Assembly: GCA_965223265.1 (NCBI GenBank)
Contig: OZ244999.1
Location: 2,624,001-2,688,000, forward strand
DNA from: Planctomycetota bacterium
Lineage (GTDB): Bacteria > Planctomycetota > UBA8108 > SXIK01
Direction of reading: 5' to 3'
DNA: 64,000 nt
This document shows, one piece after another, positions 10,160 to 19,314 of this stretch. Each line of letters opens with the position of its first letter. Within the stretch, counting starts at the first letter, position 1. A program made the translations under genes and the position numbers. The notes under the pieces are model-generated. The model was not told the origin of the DNA, ran no database searches, and saw nothing but the letters and a program-made list of their open reading frames with translations.

Positions 10160-11743
10160 ATGTTCTTCGCTTTGTTGGGGACCGCCTGTTCTCGGGTTCC
10201 ACCGCCAGCGCCCGCGGCTGTTGAGACGACTGCCGCCGATGCCGAGGCGGTGAATCGTGAGCAGGTCGAAGCGGCACCGGCGAACGTTTCGCCCGGTGCA
10301 GAGTTGGTGCCTCAGCTGGCCGCGAATCAGATCGACGCTGCTGGCTCGTCGCAGCCTGGAACGAACGCACCACCGATCCGCCAGGCACTCGCGTCGAGTG
10401 AGCACGCCCCGGAGTTTGAAGAAGCCGGTGTTTGCTCCCGCTGTCATGTCGTCTCCGTCCTTGAGTGGGATGTTTCGGCCCACGTCGAAGCTGGTACCAC
10501 CTGTCAGGAGTGCCACGGCGAGAGCTCTGAACATGTTGCCAACGAACGCAACGAGGTGAAGCCGGACCGACTGCCTCGAGGCGCTGAAATCGCTGCGCTC
10601 TGCACGGCGGAGTGCCACGACGACGGCTGTCCCGAGACGCTGAAGTTTGTTACGTGTGAGGAGTGTCATCATGTACATGCGCTCGTCGATCCGACGCAGA
10701 CGGAGCTGTCGAAAGACGAGCAACTGAAGAGCCTTTTTGAGCGCTGGCAGAACTTTCGCGCCACGATCGAACGCGGAGACAGCCTTATGGGTGGCGAAAA
10801 CTGGGCTCAAGCTCGGGCCGCGTTCGAGGAGGCGCTGGAGATGATTCCCGAAAGTGCGGCTGCGCGAGAGCGCCTGGGAGCATCTTTGCGGCGTCTGGCT
10901 CCTGAGATCCCTGGATTCGTGCTGGCTGGAGACGAGTACCACGCCTCGACCGGTTTGCCGCGGAAGGTTTCAGTCGCAGCACTTGATGTTGCCATGGTTC
11001 TCGTGCCGCCCGGGAGCTTCGACATGGGGGCGGACGATCTGTCGCAGTCGCAGCCGGCACACACGGTGCGTGTGGAGCCGTTTTACCTTTCCGTTACCGA
11101 GGTGACGCAGGCGACCTGGAAGCGCGTTATGGGTTCGAACCCCAGTTTTCATCAAGGCAGCGAGTTTCCAGACGCGGACACGATGCCCGTCGACAGCGTC
11201 TCATGGGAGGATTGCCAAGTTTTTCTCGACAAGGTGAACAGCATGGTGTCAGGCGGGGGTTTTCGTCTGCCGACGGAGGCCGAGTGGGAATACGCGTGTC
11301 GCTTGGGCGGCCGAGGCGAAGCGACAGCCGAGCTAAGTCAGCTCGCATGGTTTCGACCGCAGCCTAGCGCTGCCGACTTAACCGGCGATCGTTTTCGAAA
11401 GATCGAAACGTACTCGACGCGCGTCGTTGCTTCGCTGCAGGCGAACGCCTGGGGCCTGCATGACATGCAGGGGAACGTCTGGGAATGGTGCTCCAGTTTA
11501 GCTTGGCCGTATCTCTTCGATGCGAATGATGGTCGCGAGTCCCCAACCTCTGCAGGTCTTCGAGTCGTTCGTGGTGGTTCGTACGCAGACGGCGCCGACA
11601 TTCTTCGCCCGGAGATGCGTCATGCTGAAAGACCACATCGGCGGTATCGCTGGAACGGCTTGCGTGTGGCACGAAGCGTGCCGCAGCCGAGCGGTCGCGG
11701 ATCTGCCGAAGCTGTTACGCCACAGACAGTGTCAGAGAAGTAA
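10160..11743 (+). CDS. Lipoprotein: multiheme cytochrome c region + TPR + FGE/SUMF1-fold domain; 5' end interrupted by the MITE
   Basis: LLGTA-C lipobox; CSRCH, CQECH, CTAECH, CEECH; MVLVPPGSFDMG, FYLSVTEVTQ, RLPTEAEWEYACR, NAWGLHDMQGNVWEW, RGGSY. Alternative in-frame start ATG 9956 reads through the MITE. Confidence 0.85.
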   Translation: MFFALLGTACSRVPPPAPAAVETTAADAEAVNREQVEAAPANVSPGAELVPQLAANQIDAAGSSQPGTNAPPIRQALASSEHAPEFEEAGVCSRCHVVSVLEWDVSAHVEAGTTCQECHGESSEHVANERNEVKPDRLPRGAEIAALCTAECHDDGCPETLKFVTCEECHHVHALVDPTQTELSKDEQLKSLFERWQNFRATIERGDSLMGGENWAQARAAFEEALEMIPESAAARERLGASLRRLAPEIPGFVLAGDEYHASTGLPRKVSVAALDVAMVLVPPGSFDMGADDLSQSQPAHTVRVEPFYLSVTEVTQATWKRVMGSNPSFHQGSEFPDADTMPVDSVSWEDCQVFLDKVNSMVSGGGFRLPTEAEWEYACRLGGRGEATAELSQLAWFRPQPSAADLTGDRFRKIETYSTRVVASLQANAWGLHDMQGNVWEWCSSLAWPYLFDANDGRESPTSAGLRVVRGGSYADGADILRPEMRHAERPHRRYRWNGLRVARSVPQPSGRGSAEAVTPQTVSEK

Positions 11744-12106
11744 GTGGCACCCCGGCGCTCCCAAGCTCGACGCCAAATGGCCACACTCGAGGTGAGCGTC
11801 GCGGGAGAATCTCGGTTCCGACGTTCGTTGTCTTTCCGCATGCTCCCACGCATCGCTGACGGCTCTACGCAACTAGGGAAGAATGGGACACCGGACCGCG
11901 GTGGGCATGGCCTCTTCGGGCGCTTCGTAGGCGTCTGTCCTCGTGCGTAAGTTCAATGGATCGAGGAGTTTGGTCTTGAGAGTAGGTTTGGATCGATTCT
12001 TGCAGTCTGTATTTCTTACGGTAGCGGCGCGAGGCGTCGCTGGTCCGCACGAGTTGCATTGGATTCGAATGTTGGAGTTTCGGATCGGGATCACGGGGAA
12101 GAGAAG

Positions 12107-13612
12107 ATGAAAACGCAAGCCCGCCTTTTTGCAGTCGTTCTCAGTGGACTGTTCGCTTTGACGATCGGTACGCCGGCCAAGGCAGAGCTACGGTCGTCAG
12201 TGTCGCAGTGGGGAGTTACCTGGACGTTTGACAAGCCCTACGAGACAGGACAGTTCGTCAACGGTGACTGGTGGGTCCTCGGGCCGGCGACGATCGTCAA
12301 TGTCGATCCGGCGCCCGGTGAAGCCCCGGACGGCGAAACGATCAACACCGATCCAAATCAGTTCGGTGACGTAGCCCTGCAGGACGATCGCACCATGCGG
12401 AACGGATCGATGGTGATCGATCGATGGGGCTCGTTTCAAGGGTACGACTCTCGAGTGAAAAATTATGACGCCTCGCTCACTGTCCGGTTTCCCCATACCC
12501 TGGCGGTCAATCGTTCGTTGATTTCCACCGTGAGTCTCCTCTCGACGGTGGACAATCCGAATTTCGTTCAAGGACACTTCGAGGATTCTTGGTCGGTGCT
12601 TAAGACGGCTGCGGTGCTCACGTGCTTGGACGCCGCACCACCGTCCGACGCTTTCCGTCCACCATACTCGGGAACCGAGAAGCCGATCTATCGAGCGGGC
12701 GATCTGCGACGAGATCTCCTCCCGAAGCTGCCCGCCGTCGCAAATACGCCTGACTGGGATCTCTTCGGTCGCTACTTCGAGCGCGTGTGGATCGATCACT
12801 CCTATAGCTGGCTGCATTCGCGCGTCTGCCCGCTTGAGAACATGCCAGGCTATGGACGCGAGTATGCGCGGCTGACTTCCATGGGGAGCCTCATGCTGTG
12901 TCTGGACGTACCGGACGCGCAAAAAGAGAAACTCTTGATCGGCTTCGTGCAGTTAGGAATCGATTTGCACGGAATGCGTAAGAACGGCGGTTCATGGTAT
13001 GGTGGAGGCGGTGGTTACAATGGGCGCAAGTGGCCCGTCGTGTTTGCAGCTCTCCTCTTCGGTGACGATGCGATGCTCCCGGACGTCAAAAGCACGACGT
13101 CGGTTTTCTCCGAAGATCAACAGACCTACTTCGGCCAAGGATGGCACGGTGAGACGGCGCTGTTTCAGATGATCGATCATCACGGTCCGGTACCGCCCTA
13201 CGAAGAGAAAGATCCGAGCACCTGGTCCGATATCGACAAGCGATCGGAAAGCTACCGCAAGTGTTGTACCTCCAACGCCTTCATCGGCACGGCACTCGCA
13301 GCTCGTCTTCTTCGCGCCATGGAGGCGTGGAGTCACGACGCTTTCTTCGCTTACTGCGATCGGTGGATGGCTGACGATGACCAAGTCGGAGCGCTCAGCG
13401 GCGGTGTCGCGTGGGATCCGTTCGTCACGAACATGTGGAAGGCCCACCGCGCTCAGGCACCGGCTCAGAAGGGGGCACCTGCAAACTATAAGTGGGTCCA
13501 CGACGGTGGGGGCCAGTGGGTCCTGAATCCCAACCCGGATGCCTCCGATGATGATGTCGACTCCGTGCCACCGGCGCCGCCGCAGAACCTACGGGTCGTT
13601 GCCGACAGTTGA
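12107..13612 (+). CDS. Secreted protein of unknown function (Trp/Tyr-rich, possibly carbohydrate-active)
   Basis: Signal peptide MKTQARLFAVVLSGLFALTIGTPAKA; SVSQWGVTWTFD...GQFVNGDWWV; ends PPAPPQNLRVVADS. Confidence 0.75.
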   Translation: MKTQARLFAVVLSGLFALTIGTPAKAELRSSVSQWGVTWTFDKPYETGQFVNGDWWVLGPATIVNVDPAPGEAPDGETINTDPNQFGDVALQDDRTMRNGSMVIDRWGSFQGYDSRVKNYDASLTVRFPHTLAVNRSLISTVSLLSTVDNPNFVQGHFEDSWSVLKTAAVLTCLDAAPPSDAFRPPYSGTEKPIYRAGDLRRDLLPKLPAVANTPDWDLFGRYFERVWIDHSYSWLHSRVCPLENMPGYGREYARLTSMGSLMLCLDVPDAQKEKLLIGFVQLGIDLHGMRKNGGSWYGGGGGYNGRKWPVVFAALLFGDDAMLPDVKSTTSVFSEDQQTYFGQGWHGETALFQMIDHHGPVPPYEEKDPSTWSDIDKRSESYRKCCTSNAFIGTALAARLLRAMEAWSHDAFFAYCDRWMADDDQVGALSGGVAWDPFVTNMWKAHRAQAPAQKGAPANYKWVHDGGGQWVLNPNPDASDDDVDSVPPAPPQNLRVVADS

Positions 13613-13665
13613 TCGGCCAGTCATCGGTTGCTCGCATGTGCTAGCGAAGCGCGACGATCGCGGCT

Positions 13666-14955
13666 TCACTCGCAGTGCGACGTGGCTTCATCGCATCCGA
13701 GGCTTCGATCGTCCGACGACTGCATGAGCGTGCAAACTGCGAACGGTTCGGCGGGCTGGGGTCCACCCAGGAAGCTGTACTGTAGCATGTAGATCGCGTC
13801 GGTTACGGATCCCAGGACTATGCCGTCGCCATTGGCATCGCACGCTGCCAAACAGGACGGCGTCACCCGCCCGTCGAAGTTGTGGATGAGTAAAAAGATC
13901 GCGTCGCTTAGGTCGCCGTCTTCGCCGTCGCCATTGCAGTCGCCACGGTCGAACAGGGATCCAGCTGGCACCCACAGGGCTTCCCAGAGATCATAGCCGT
14001 GGTGCGTATTCCCGCCAGGGTGCGATTCGGATGCGAAGTAGAGCTTTGACCTCAGCGCCGGCCAGTCAGGTGCGATGTTCGGAAAATTCTCAATTTGCAC
14101 CGTACCCGTGTTGATCGGTGGTCCTGGGTTGAAGACGAAGTCGAATTCTGTCGTCGGGTCGCTACGCGCTGCAATCCACATGTCACTCGGGCCCACGCTT
14201 CCGGGCCGCGCTGTGAGGTAGTCGCTGAAGAAAAGTGTCGTGCCATCCGCGGAAATGCTCGGGAACGCGTCATCGGCAGAGCTGTTGACTACAGCTCCAA
14301 GGTTGACAGGATTCTCGAAGGCCACGGCGACGCCGTCATCGTCCACTTTTCGATCGCGCGTCGCTACGAAGATATCGAGCCCGCCCAATCCGCCCGGGCG
14401 GTCGGAAGCGAAGTAAATCGACAACTCGTCGCTCGATATGCTGACGCCGTGCTCGTTGAACTCCGAGTTGATCTCAGAGCCAAGGTTTGACACGTTCCCA
14501 AAAGGAACCACAGCGCCGTCAGTATCCGTCACCTGATCTCGCGTGGCGACGTAGAGATCGAGCGCCCCGTTTCCTCCAGGACGGTCAGAGGCGAAGTAGA
14601 TTGACAGACCATCGAGAGAAACGCTTGGCGTTGTCTCCGCAAACTCGGTGTTGACGCCGTCCCCCAAGTTGGCGGGGCTACCGAACGATGCGGAGGTTGT
14701 CAGTCGCGTCGCTCTCCAGAGATCGAAATCTCCGGTGCCGCCGACTCGATTCGAAATGAAATACATGGTCAGCCCATCCGGCGTGACACTTGGAAACGTT
14801 TCATCCGATGACGTGTTGATCGCAGAGCCAAGATTCCTGACGCTCAGGAAGAACCCACCATCGAGAGCCCGCAGCATCCTATTGTGTGATGGAAATAAGA
14901 CGAAGAGCGAAAGTGTCAGCAGCACAGCAGCGATTCTGTCGTGGTTCTTCAGCAT
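13666..14955 (-). CDS. Secreted PD40 (TolB-like propeller) protein with C-terminal dockerin-like domain
   Basis: Repeats NLGxxINxxxxExxPSVSxDGLSIYFASDRPGGxGxLDLYVATR; C-terminal FDRGDCNGDG...DLSDAIFLL...CLAACDANGDG. Confidence 0.85.
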   Translation of the reverse strand: MLKNHDRIAAVLLTLSLFVLFPSHNRMLRALDGGFFLSVRNLGSAINTSSDETFPSVTPDGLTMYFISNRVGGTGDFDLWRATRLTTSASFGSPANLGDGVNTEFAETTPSVSLDGLSIYFASDRPGGNGALDLYVATRDQVTDTDGAVVPFGNVSNLGSEINSEFNEHGVSISSDELSIYFASDRPGGLGGLDIFVATRDRKVDDDGVAVAFENPVNLGAVVNSSADDAFPSISADGTTLFFSDYLTARPGSVGPSDMWIAARSDPTTEFDFVFNPGPPINTGTVQIENFPNIAPDWPALRSKLYFASESHPGGNTHHGYDLWEALWVPAGSLFDRGDCNGDGEDGDLSDAIFLLIHNFDGRVTPSCLAACDANGDGIVLGSVTDAIYMLQYSFLGGPQPAEPFAVCTLMQSSDDRSLGCDEATSHCE

Positions 14956-15168
14956 CCTTAGCCCTCCCGTTAGTTCATCCAGCAGCGACACCGTGAACTG
15001 AACTACTTCAAGGTTAATCGAGTTCGATGGCCGAACCAAGAGAAGAGTCTCGCTTTACACGCCCCTGGGAGCTGCGGTTGTGGGTCAAGTTGGGAAGAGG
15101 TTCGGCCGATTCCTGAAGCGGTGGCGTCAAGCGGTGCCTTCCGATATCTCGAAGCCCACGTACCCGAC

Positions 15169-15573
15169 ATGCGAACCCAGGCTTTCACACTGATTGAGCT
15201 CATGATCGTCGTGGCGATCATTGCGATCATCACTGCCATCGCGATCCCGAGCCTGACGAATGCCCGCAAGGCGGCAAACGAGGCGCGAGCCATCAGCACT
15301 CTGCGGACGCTTTCCACTGTTCAAGAGCAGTACAAGACGCGCTTCGGAGGTTATGCTTCAAGTCCCGATGATCTTCAAGACACAGGGTACGTTGACATCA
15401 TCTTCGATGAATACGCTCTGCTCAGCTATACGTTTTCTCGGCACACATGGTCCTTGAGCGCCGGACCAACAACTCCTTCCGATGGGGACAGATTCTTTTT
15501 CGTCGACCAATCGGGAGTCATACGCTTCAGCGGCTCCGGGCCGGCGACCAGCAGCAGTCAACCAGTGGATTGA
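15169..15573 (+). CDS. Type IV pilin-like protein (prepilin N-terminal methylation motif)
   Basis: MRTQA-FTLIELMIVVAIIAIITAIAIPSL, ARKAANEARAI, C-terminal RFFFVDQSGVIRF. Confidence 0.88.
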   Translation: MRTQAFTLIELMIVVAIIAIITAIAIPSLTNARKAANEARAISTLRTLSTVQEQYKTRFGGYASSPDDLQDTGYVDIIFDEYALLSYTFSRHTWSLSAGPTTPSDGDRFFFVDQSGVIRFSGSGPATSSSQPVD

Positions 15574-15579
15574 CGTTCA

Positions 15580-15800
15580 CAGCCCGCCTGAAAAAGTCAT
15601 TCGGCTGAGAAACCGGCCTCTTCACGCCCAGATCAGCCGCGCGAGCCTCGCCGTCTATATCCTCTGGAAGAGGGCTCGGAGATTACCTTCCTGGCGTTCC
15701 CAGGCTCGAAGCGAAAGGACCAAACTCGAGTTAACAGCCTGCCTGAAAAAGTGCTTCGAGCTGAAAGCTGGTCGCTTCGCGTCCAGATCAGCCGCGACGA
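15580..15800. mobile_element. Broken MITE (subtype B): left part 15580-~15688 forward, right end 15735-~15800 inverted
   Basis: CAGCCCGCCTGAAAAAGTCATTCGG...GAAGAGGGCTCGGAGATT matches copy 55483; TTAA-CAGCCTGCCTGAAAAAGTGCTTCGAG...GTCCAGATC is the reverse complement of its right end. Confidence 0.8.
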
Positions 15801-15899
15801 AGCGTCGAGGCCAAGGAGCGACTCGGGCGCGATCTCGCTCGGGTCGTGGCGGAGGACGGGCGCAGGCATCGGCGCTCCTGGCGTTCCCCGAAGGGCCTT

Positions 15900-17414
15900 T
15901 CAGCCCAGCACCTCGCGGCGTACGCGAGCCTCGGCACCGGCGATCGGTACTGGCTGTCCGTCGCGCTTTTTGATCGTCAGGCTGGGGTCGATGCCGAGCA
16001 AATAGAAAGTCGTCGCTAGCAGGTCCTTTGGCGATACGGGTGTCTCATGGACTTCACCGCCGAGGCGATCACTCGACCCCACAACGCGGCCGCGTGCCGC
16101 GCCACCGCCCGCCAGCGCCACCGAGTAGACCTGTGACCAATGGTCGCGTCCGCCACCTTTGCGATCTTTGAGCTGCGGCGTGCGACCGTGCTCGCTGAGC
16201 CAGAGCACGAGGGTTTCGTCGAGGAGTCCGCGGCTGTCGAGATCTTCGATCAAGGCTGAGTAGGCAAGATCGAACCCAGGCAGGAGACATTTTCGAAGTC
16301 GCGGGTAGTGATACTGGTGTGTGTCCCAAGCGCCGTTGGCGAACTCGCCGTAGGTGTCCCAGAACACGGTTACGAACCTGCAGCCCGCTTCCACGAGACG
16401 CCGCGCGGCGAGGCAACCCTGCCCAAAGAGGGTCATGCCATACCGTTCGCGCAGTCCCACGGTTTCGCGGCCGATGTCGAGTGCCTCACGCACGGTCGGA
16501 GAGGTGAGCAATGACATCGCCTGGGATTCGAATTTGTCGAATGCGCGTGCGGCTTGTGGTTCCAAGTACGGACGCGTTCTATCGAACTGCGACAAAAGGA
16601 GTCTCCTCGCATCGAAGCGAGCGCGTGGTATTTCCTTGAGCAGCTGTGCGTCTGGCGCGAGTCGAAAACGGCTTTCTCGCCGAATCCCCATGTGGGGGTC
16701 GTAGTACTCCATGCGCTGGGTGAGTGTGTTTCGGGGCGCGATCTTGGTGCCTCGATCGACGAAGTCAGTCCAGACGGGGTCGTAGGCCTGGCCCAAGAAC
16801 GCAGCATACGGACCTGCCATGGGAGCGAAATCGGTCTTCGATGTCATGCGCCAAGGAAGGCCGACGTTTCGCGGCAAGTTCGGCGCGACCACTCCCGAGC
16901 GCCTTTCGTCGACGTAATCAACGATCGAACCGATGAACGGCCAGTGTCTGGCATCGCGAGGCACGAGCTCTAGGTCTGGAGTGTAGGTGGGAATACCGCT
17001 GAGCGCGTAGGCTACGCCGTGAAGCGGGTAAGGATGCGTCACCGATCGGACGACGGTGACGCGATCCATGACCTTGGCGACTCGTTGGAGCTCGTCGCAT
17101 ACTTGGAGGCCTGGAACCGCCGTATCGATCGCGCCCATCTCGCCTCGAATTTCCCGCGGCGCCTCGGGCTTCGGATCGAAGGTCTCATGCTGTGGAGGTG
17201 ACCCGTAGGGAAAAAGCAAGATGCAGGATTTCGCTCTGCCGAAGTGCGCGTCCCGCGTCTTTGGCGAATCTCTCTCTGTCGACGCATCAGCTCGCTGCAG
17301 GCAGAGAGCGTCAGCAAGCCCGATTCCGAATGCCGACAAACCGCCGGCGTGGAGGAAGTCGCGGCGTGTACCGCCATCACAGAGAGTCTTCGCCGAACCG
17401 TTCAGCCGTAGCAT
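15900..17414 (-). CDS. DUF1501 family protein
   Basis: TRRDFL leader, GSPPQHETFDPKP, CLAARRLVEAGCRFV, WDTH, LDETLV, EHGRTP, GRDHW. Confidence 0.92.
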   Translation of the reverse strand: MLRLNGSAKTLCDGGTRRDFLHAGGLSAFGIGLADALCLQRADASTERDSPKTRDAHFGRAKSCILLFPYGSPPQHETFDPKPEAPREIRGEMGAIDTAVPGLQVCDELQRVAKVMDRVTVVRSVTHPYPLHGVAYALSGIPTYTPDLELVPRDARHWPFIGSIVDYVDERRSGVVAPNLPRNVGLPWRMTSKTDFAPMAGPYAAFLGQAYDPVWTDFVDRGTKIAPRNTLTQRMEYYDPHMGIRRESRFRLAPDAQLLKEIPRARFDARRLLLSQFDRTRPYLEPQAARAFDKFESQAMSLLTSPTVREALDIGRETVGLRERYGMTLFGQGCLAARRLVEAGCRFVTVFWDTYGEFANGAWDTHQYHYPRLRKCLLPGFDLAYSALIEDLDSRGLLDETLVLWLSEHGRTPQLKDRKGGGRDHWSQVYSVALAGGGAARGRVVGSSDRLGGEVHETPVSPKDLLATTFYLLGIDPSLTIKKRDGQPVPIAGAEARVRREVLG

Positions 17415-17676
17415 CTCGAGTTCTCAGCTCCTCAGGAACCATACACCTTCAGCATAACCGAAGAAGGGCGCAACTGGTAGCAGAGCTGTCGGGGCCGGTC
17501 CACGGTCTTCTGAGAAGAGGTCTTCGCCGGTGTGAGGCGGTTGCCACAACTCGCCGCAATCAATTCCTTCACCGGCAGGGATCCAGGTTTTCCGCTCGCG
17601 ACCGCTGGCGACTTTTCGGAGGATGTCTTCTGCGAGCGGTCGTTAGAGTTCTATGTTGCCGTCCGCGCTGATTTAG

Positions 17677-17835
17677 CAGTCAGTTTGAAAGAAGTTCTGC
17701 GAGTCGAAAACTGGTTTTCTTCGAGTCCAGATCGGTTGCGGCGATGTTATACGATCGCCGTGATTCTGAGTCGCGACGCGAGTTGAGTGTGAAGAGGCCG
17801 ATGGATTCATCGGCTGCATGACTTTGAGCGGGCTG
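17677..17835 (-). mobile_element. Degenerate MITE copy (159 bp, reverse orientation)
   Basis: CGAAAACTGGTTTTCTTCGAGTCCAGATCGGTTGCGGC and GTGAAGAGGCC...ATGACTTT...CGGGCTG align with the reverse complement of copy 1; flanks TTAG and TTGG. Confidence 0.7.
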
Positions 17836-17889
17836 TTGGATGCCCGACCTCAATCCAATCACTGCGAAGTCAAACTGCCGGGAGAAATC

Positions 17890-19239
17890 ATGTCCAAGAC
17901 AAGTCGACGGGATGTACTGCGAGCAGGGGCTGCGGCGATCGCTGGGGCGGCCGCCGGAGGTGGTGCGAACGTGCCAAAAGCGGAGGCGCATGCTCCCTTG
18001 ACGCCGAGCAGTCCGTGGGACTCGGAGTACAATTTTGGCCACACGCAGCTCTTCATGGAGGAGTACCTGCAGGGGACTCTCGAGATCCTCGGTCGGCAGA
18101 GCGGCGAGCTTGATCAGATTGGCGAGCTGACAACACGCGCTGCCCGCGCCATCCGCGGTGGTCATACCGTCTGGACGTACATGACGCTGGGGCACTTTCC
18201 TCACTACGAGCAAAAAGCCACGCGGCGCGGCAGCCCTCAGGTGATGCAGGACACGAACAAGTTCGATCACCTGAAGAAGGGCGACATGATTTTCACTGAC
18301 CGCTGCAATCGGGACGTGCTGGACGCCCGTGAGCGTGGGGTCTACGTCGTTTGCGTGACCTCAAATTACCAGGACAACGAGTTTCGCCCGGCTGGCTTCA
18401 CCGACATCAGTCATGCCAATCCCGATGGGCTCATGCTCAAAGATGTCTCGAATGAGATTCTGCACAGTCACACTCCGTACACCCAGGGGCTGGTCCACGC
18501 GCCTGAGATACCGGAGTTCGCCATCTGCCCATCGAGCGGCACGGGAAGCGGTTCGATTCATTGGCTTCTGAATGCCGAGCTGGCGAATAAGCTGGCCGAC
18601 CGCAGCGCACCCGCTGTGCTGAAGAGCGCAGAATACCTACGGATTCTCACGGCGCGTGTCGAGCAGCTTCGCAGCCAGATGGGTGCGATACGCCAAGCCG
18701 CAGTCACGATGGCGCGACGCGTTCGTGCCGGCGGGCGATGGTTCGCGCACAGCGAAGAACATCCAGGGTTCAAGTCGGAGTTTCACGTCGCTTCCGGCGT
18801 GCGAATGGTGAACTGGGGTGACTGGGACGCTGCCACGGAACGAAACGTCTTTCTCGTCAACTCGATTTCTCCTGCGTACGAGACAGAAGTGCGGCTGGCA
18901 CGTGAGAAACAAATCGAAGGCGCTTTCGTTGTAGGCATTGGACCGAGTTCGACCGACGGTTCTGTGCCGCATGGTCGGTTGATCGACATTGCCGATGCAG
19001 GATTCGACAACCTCTCACCTGAGTCGGGGGGAGTCATCAGCATCCGTGGGCGCGAGGATTCAATCTGTCCGACGTCGGGAATTGTGGGTAACGTCATCCA
19101 GCAGATGGTCGTTGCGCAGTGGGCTGACGAGATGGTGCGGCGCGGCTCCGTGCCCTACTTTCTGATGGGTATTTATCAAAAGGGCGGACGCGAGTACAAC
19201 TCGGCGATGACGATCGTGTTCGAGCGACAAGGATTCTGA
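17890..19239 (+). CDS. Tat-signal protein with two SIS-like (sugar isomerase) halves
   Basis: SRRDVL leader ending AEA; GGAGA RBS; internal duplication AICPSSG / SICPTSG, each half opening with an ARxI/VRxGxxxW segment. Confidence 0.6.
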   Translation: MSKTSRRDVLRAGAAAIAGAAAGGGANVPKAEAHAPLTPSSPWDSEYNFGHTQLFMEEYLQGTLEILGRQSGELDQIGELTTRAARAIRGGHTVWTYMTLGHFPHYEQKATRRGSPQVMQDTNKFDHLKKGDMIFTDRCNRDVLDARERGVYVVCVTSNYQDNEFRPAGFTDISHANPDGLMLKDVSNEILHSHTPYTQGLVHAPEIPEFAICPSSGTGSGSIHWLLNAELANKLADRSAPAVLKSAEYLRILTARVEQLRSQMGAIRQAAVTMARRVRAGGRWFAHSEEHPGFKSEFHVASGVRMVNWGDWDAATERNVFLVNSISPAYETEVRLAREKQIEGAFVVGIGPSSTDGSVPHGRLIDIADAGFDNLSPESGGVISIRGREDSICPTSGIVGNVIQQMVVAQWADEMVRRGSVPYFLMGIYQKGGREYNSAMTIVFERQGF

Positions 19240-19314
19240 GGCGTCGCCACTCCTTCGCTGAAGAGTGGCCGGACAACACCGCAGCTGCGCACGGAGACCG
19301 TCGAACGTAGAGGT

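Noticed and set aside
11131-11145. GGTTCGAACCC tRNA T-loop-like sequence
   Set aside because: Inside a CDS with no cloverleaf context.
11560-12100. FGE/C-type lectin fold C-terminus as a DGR variable region
   Set aside because: No template repeat or reverse transcriptase is seen in the window.
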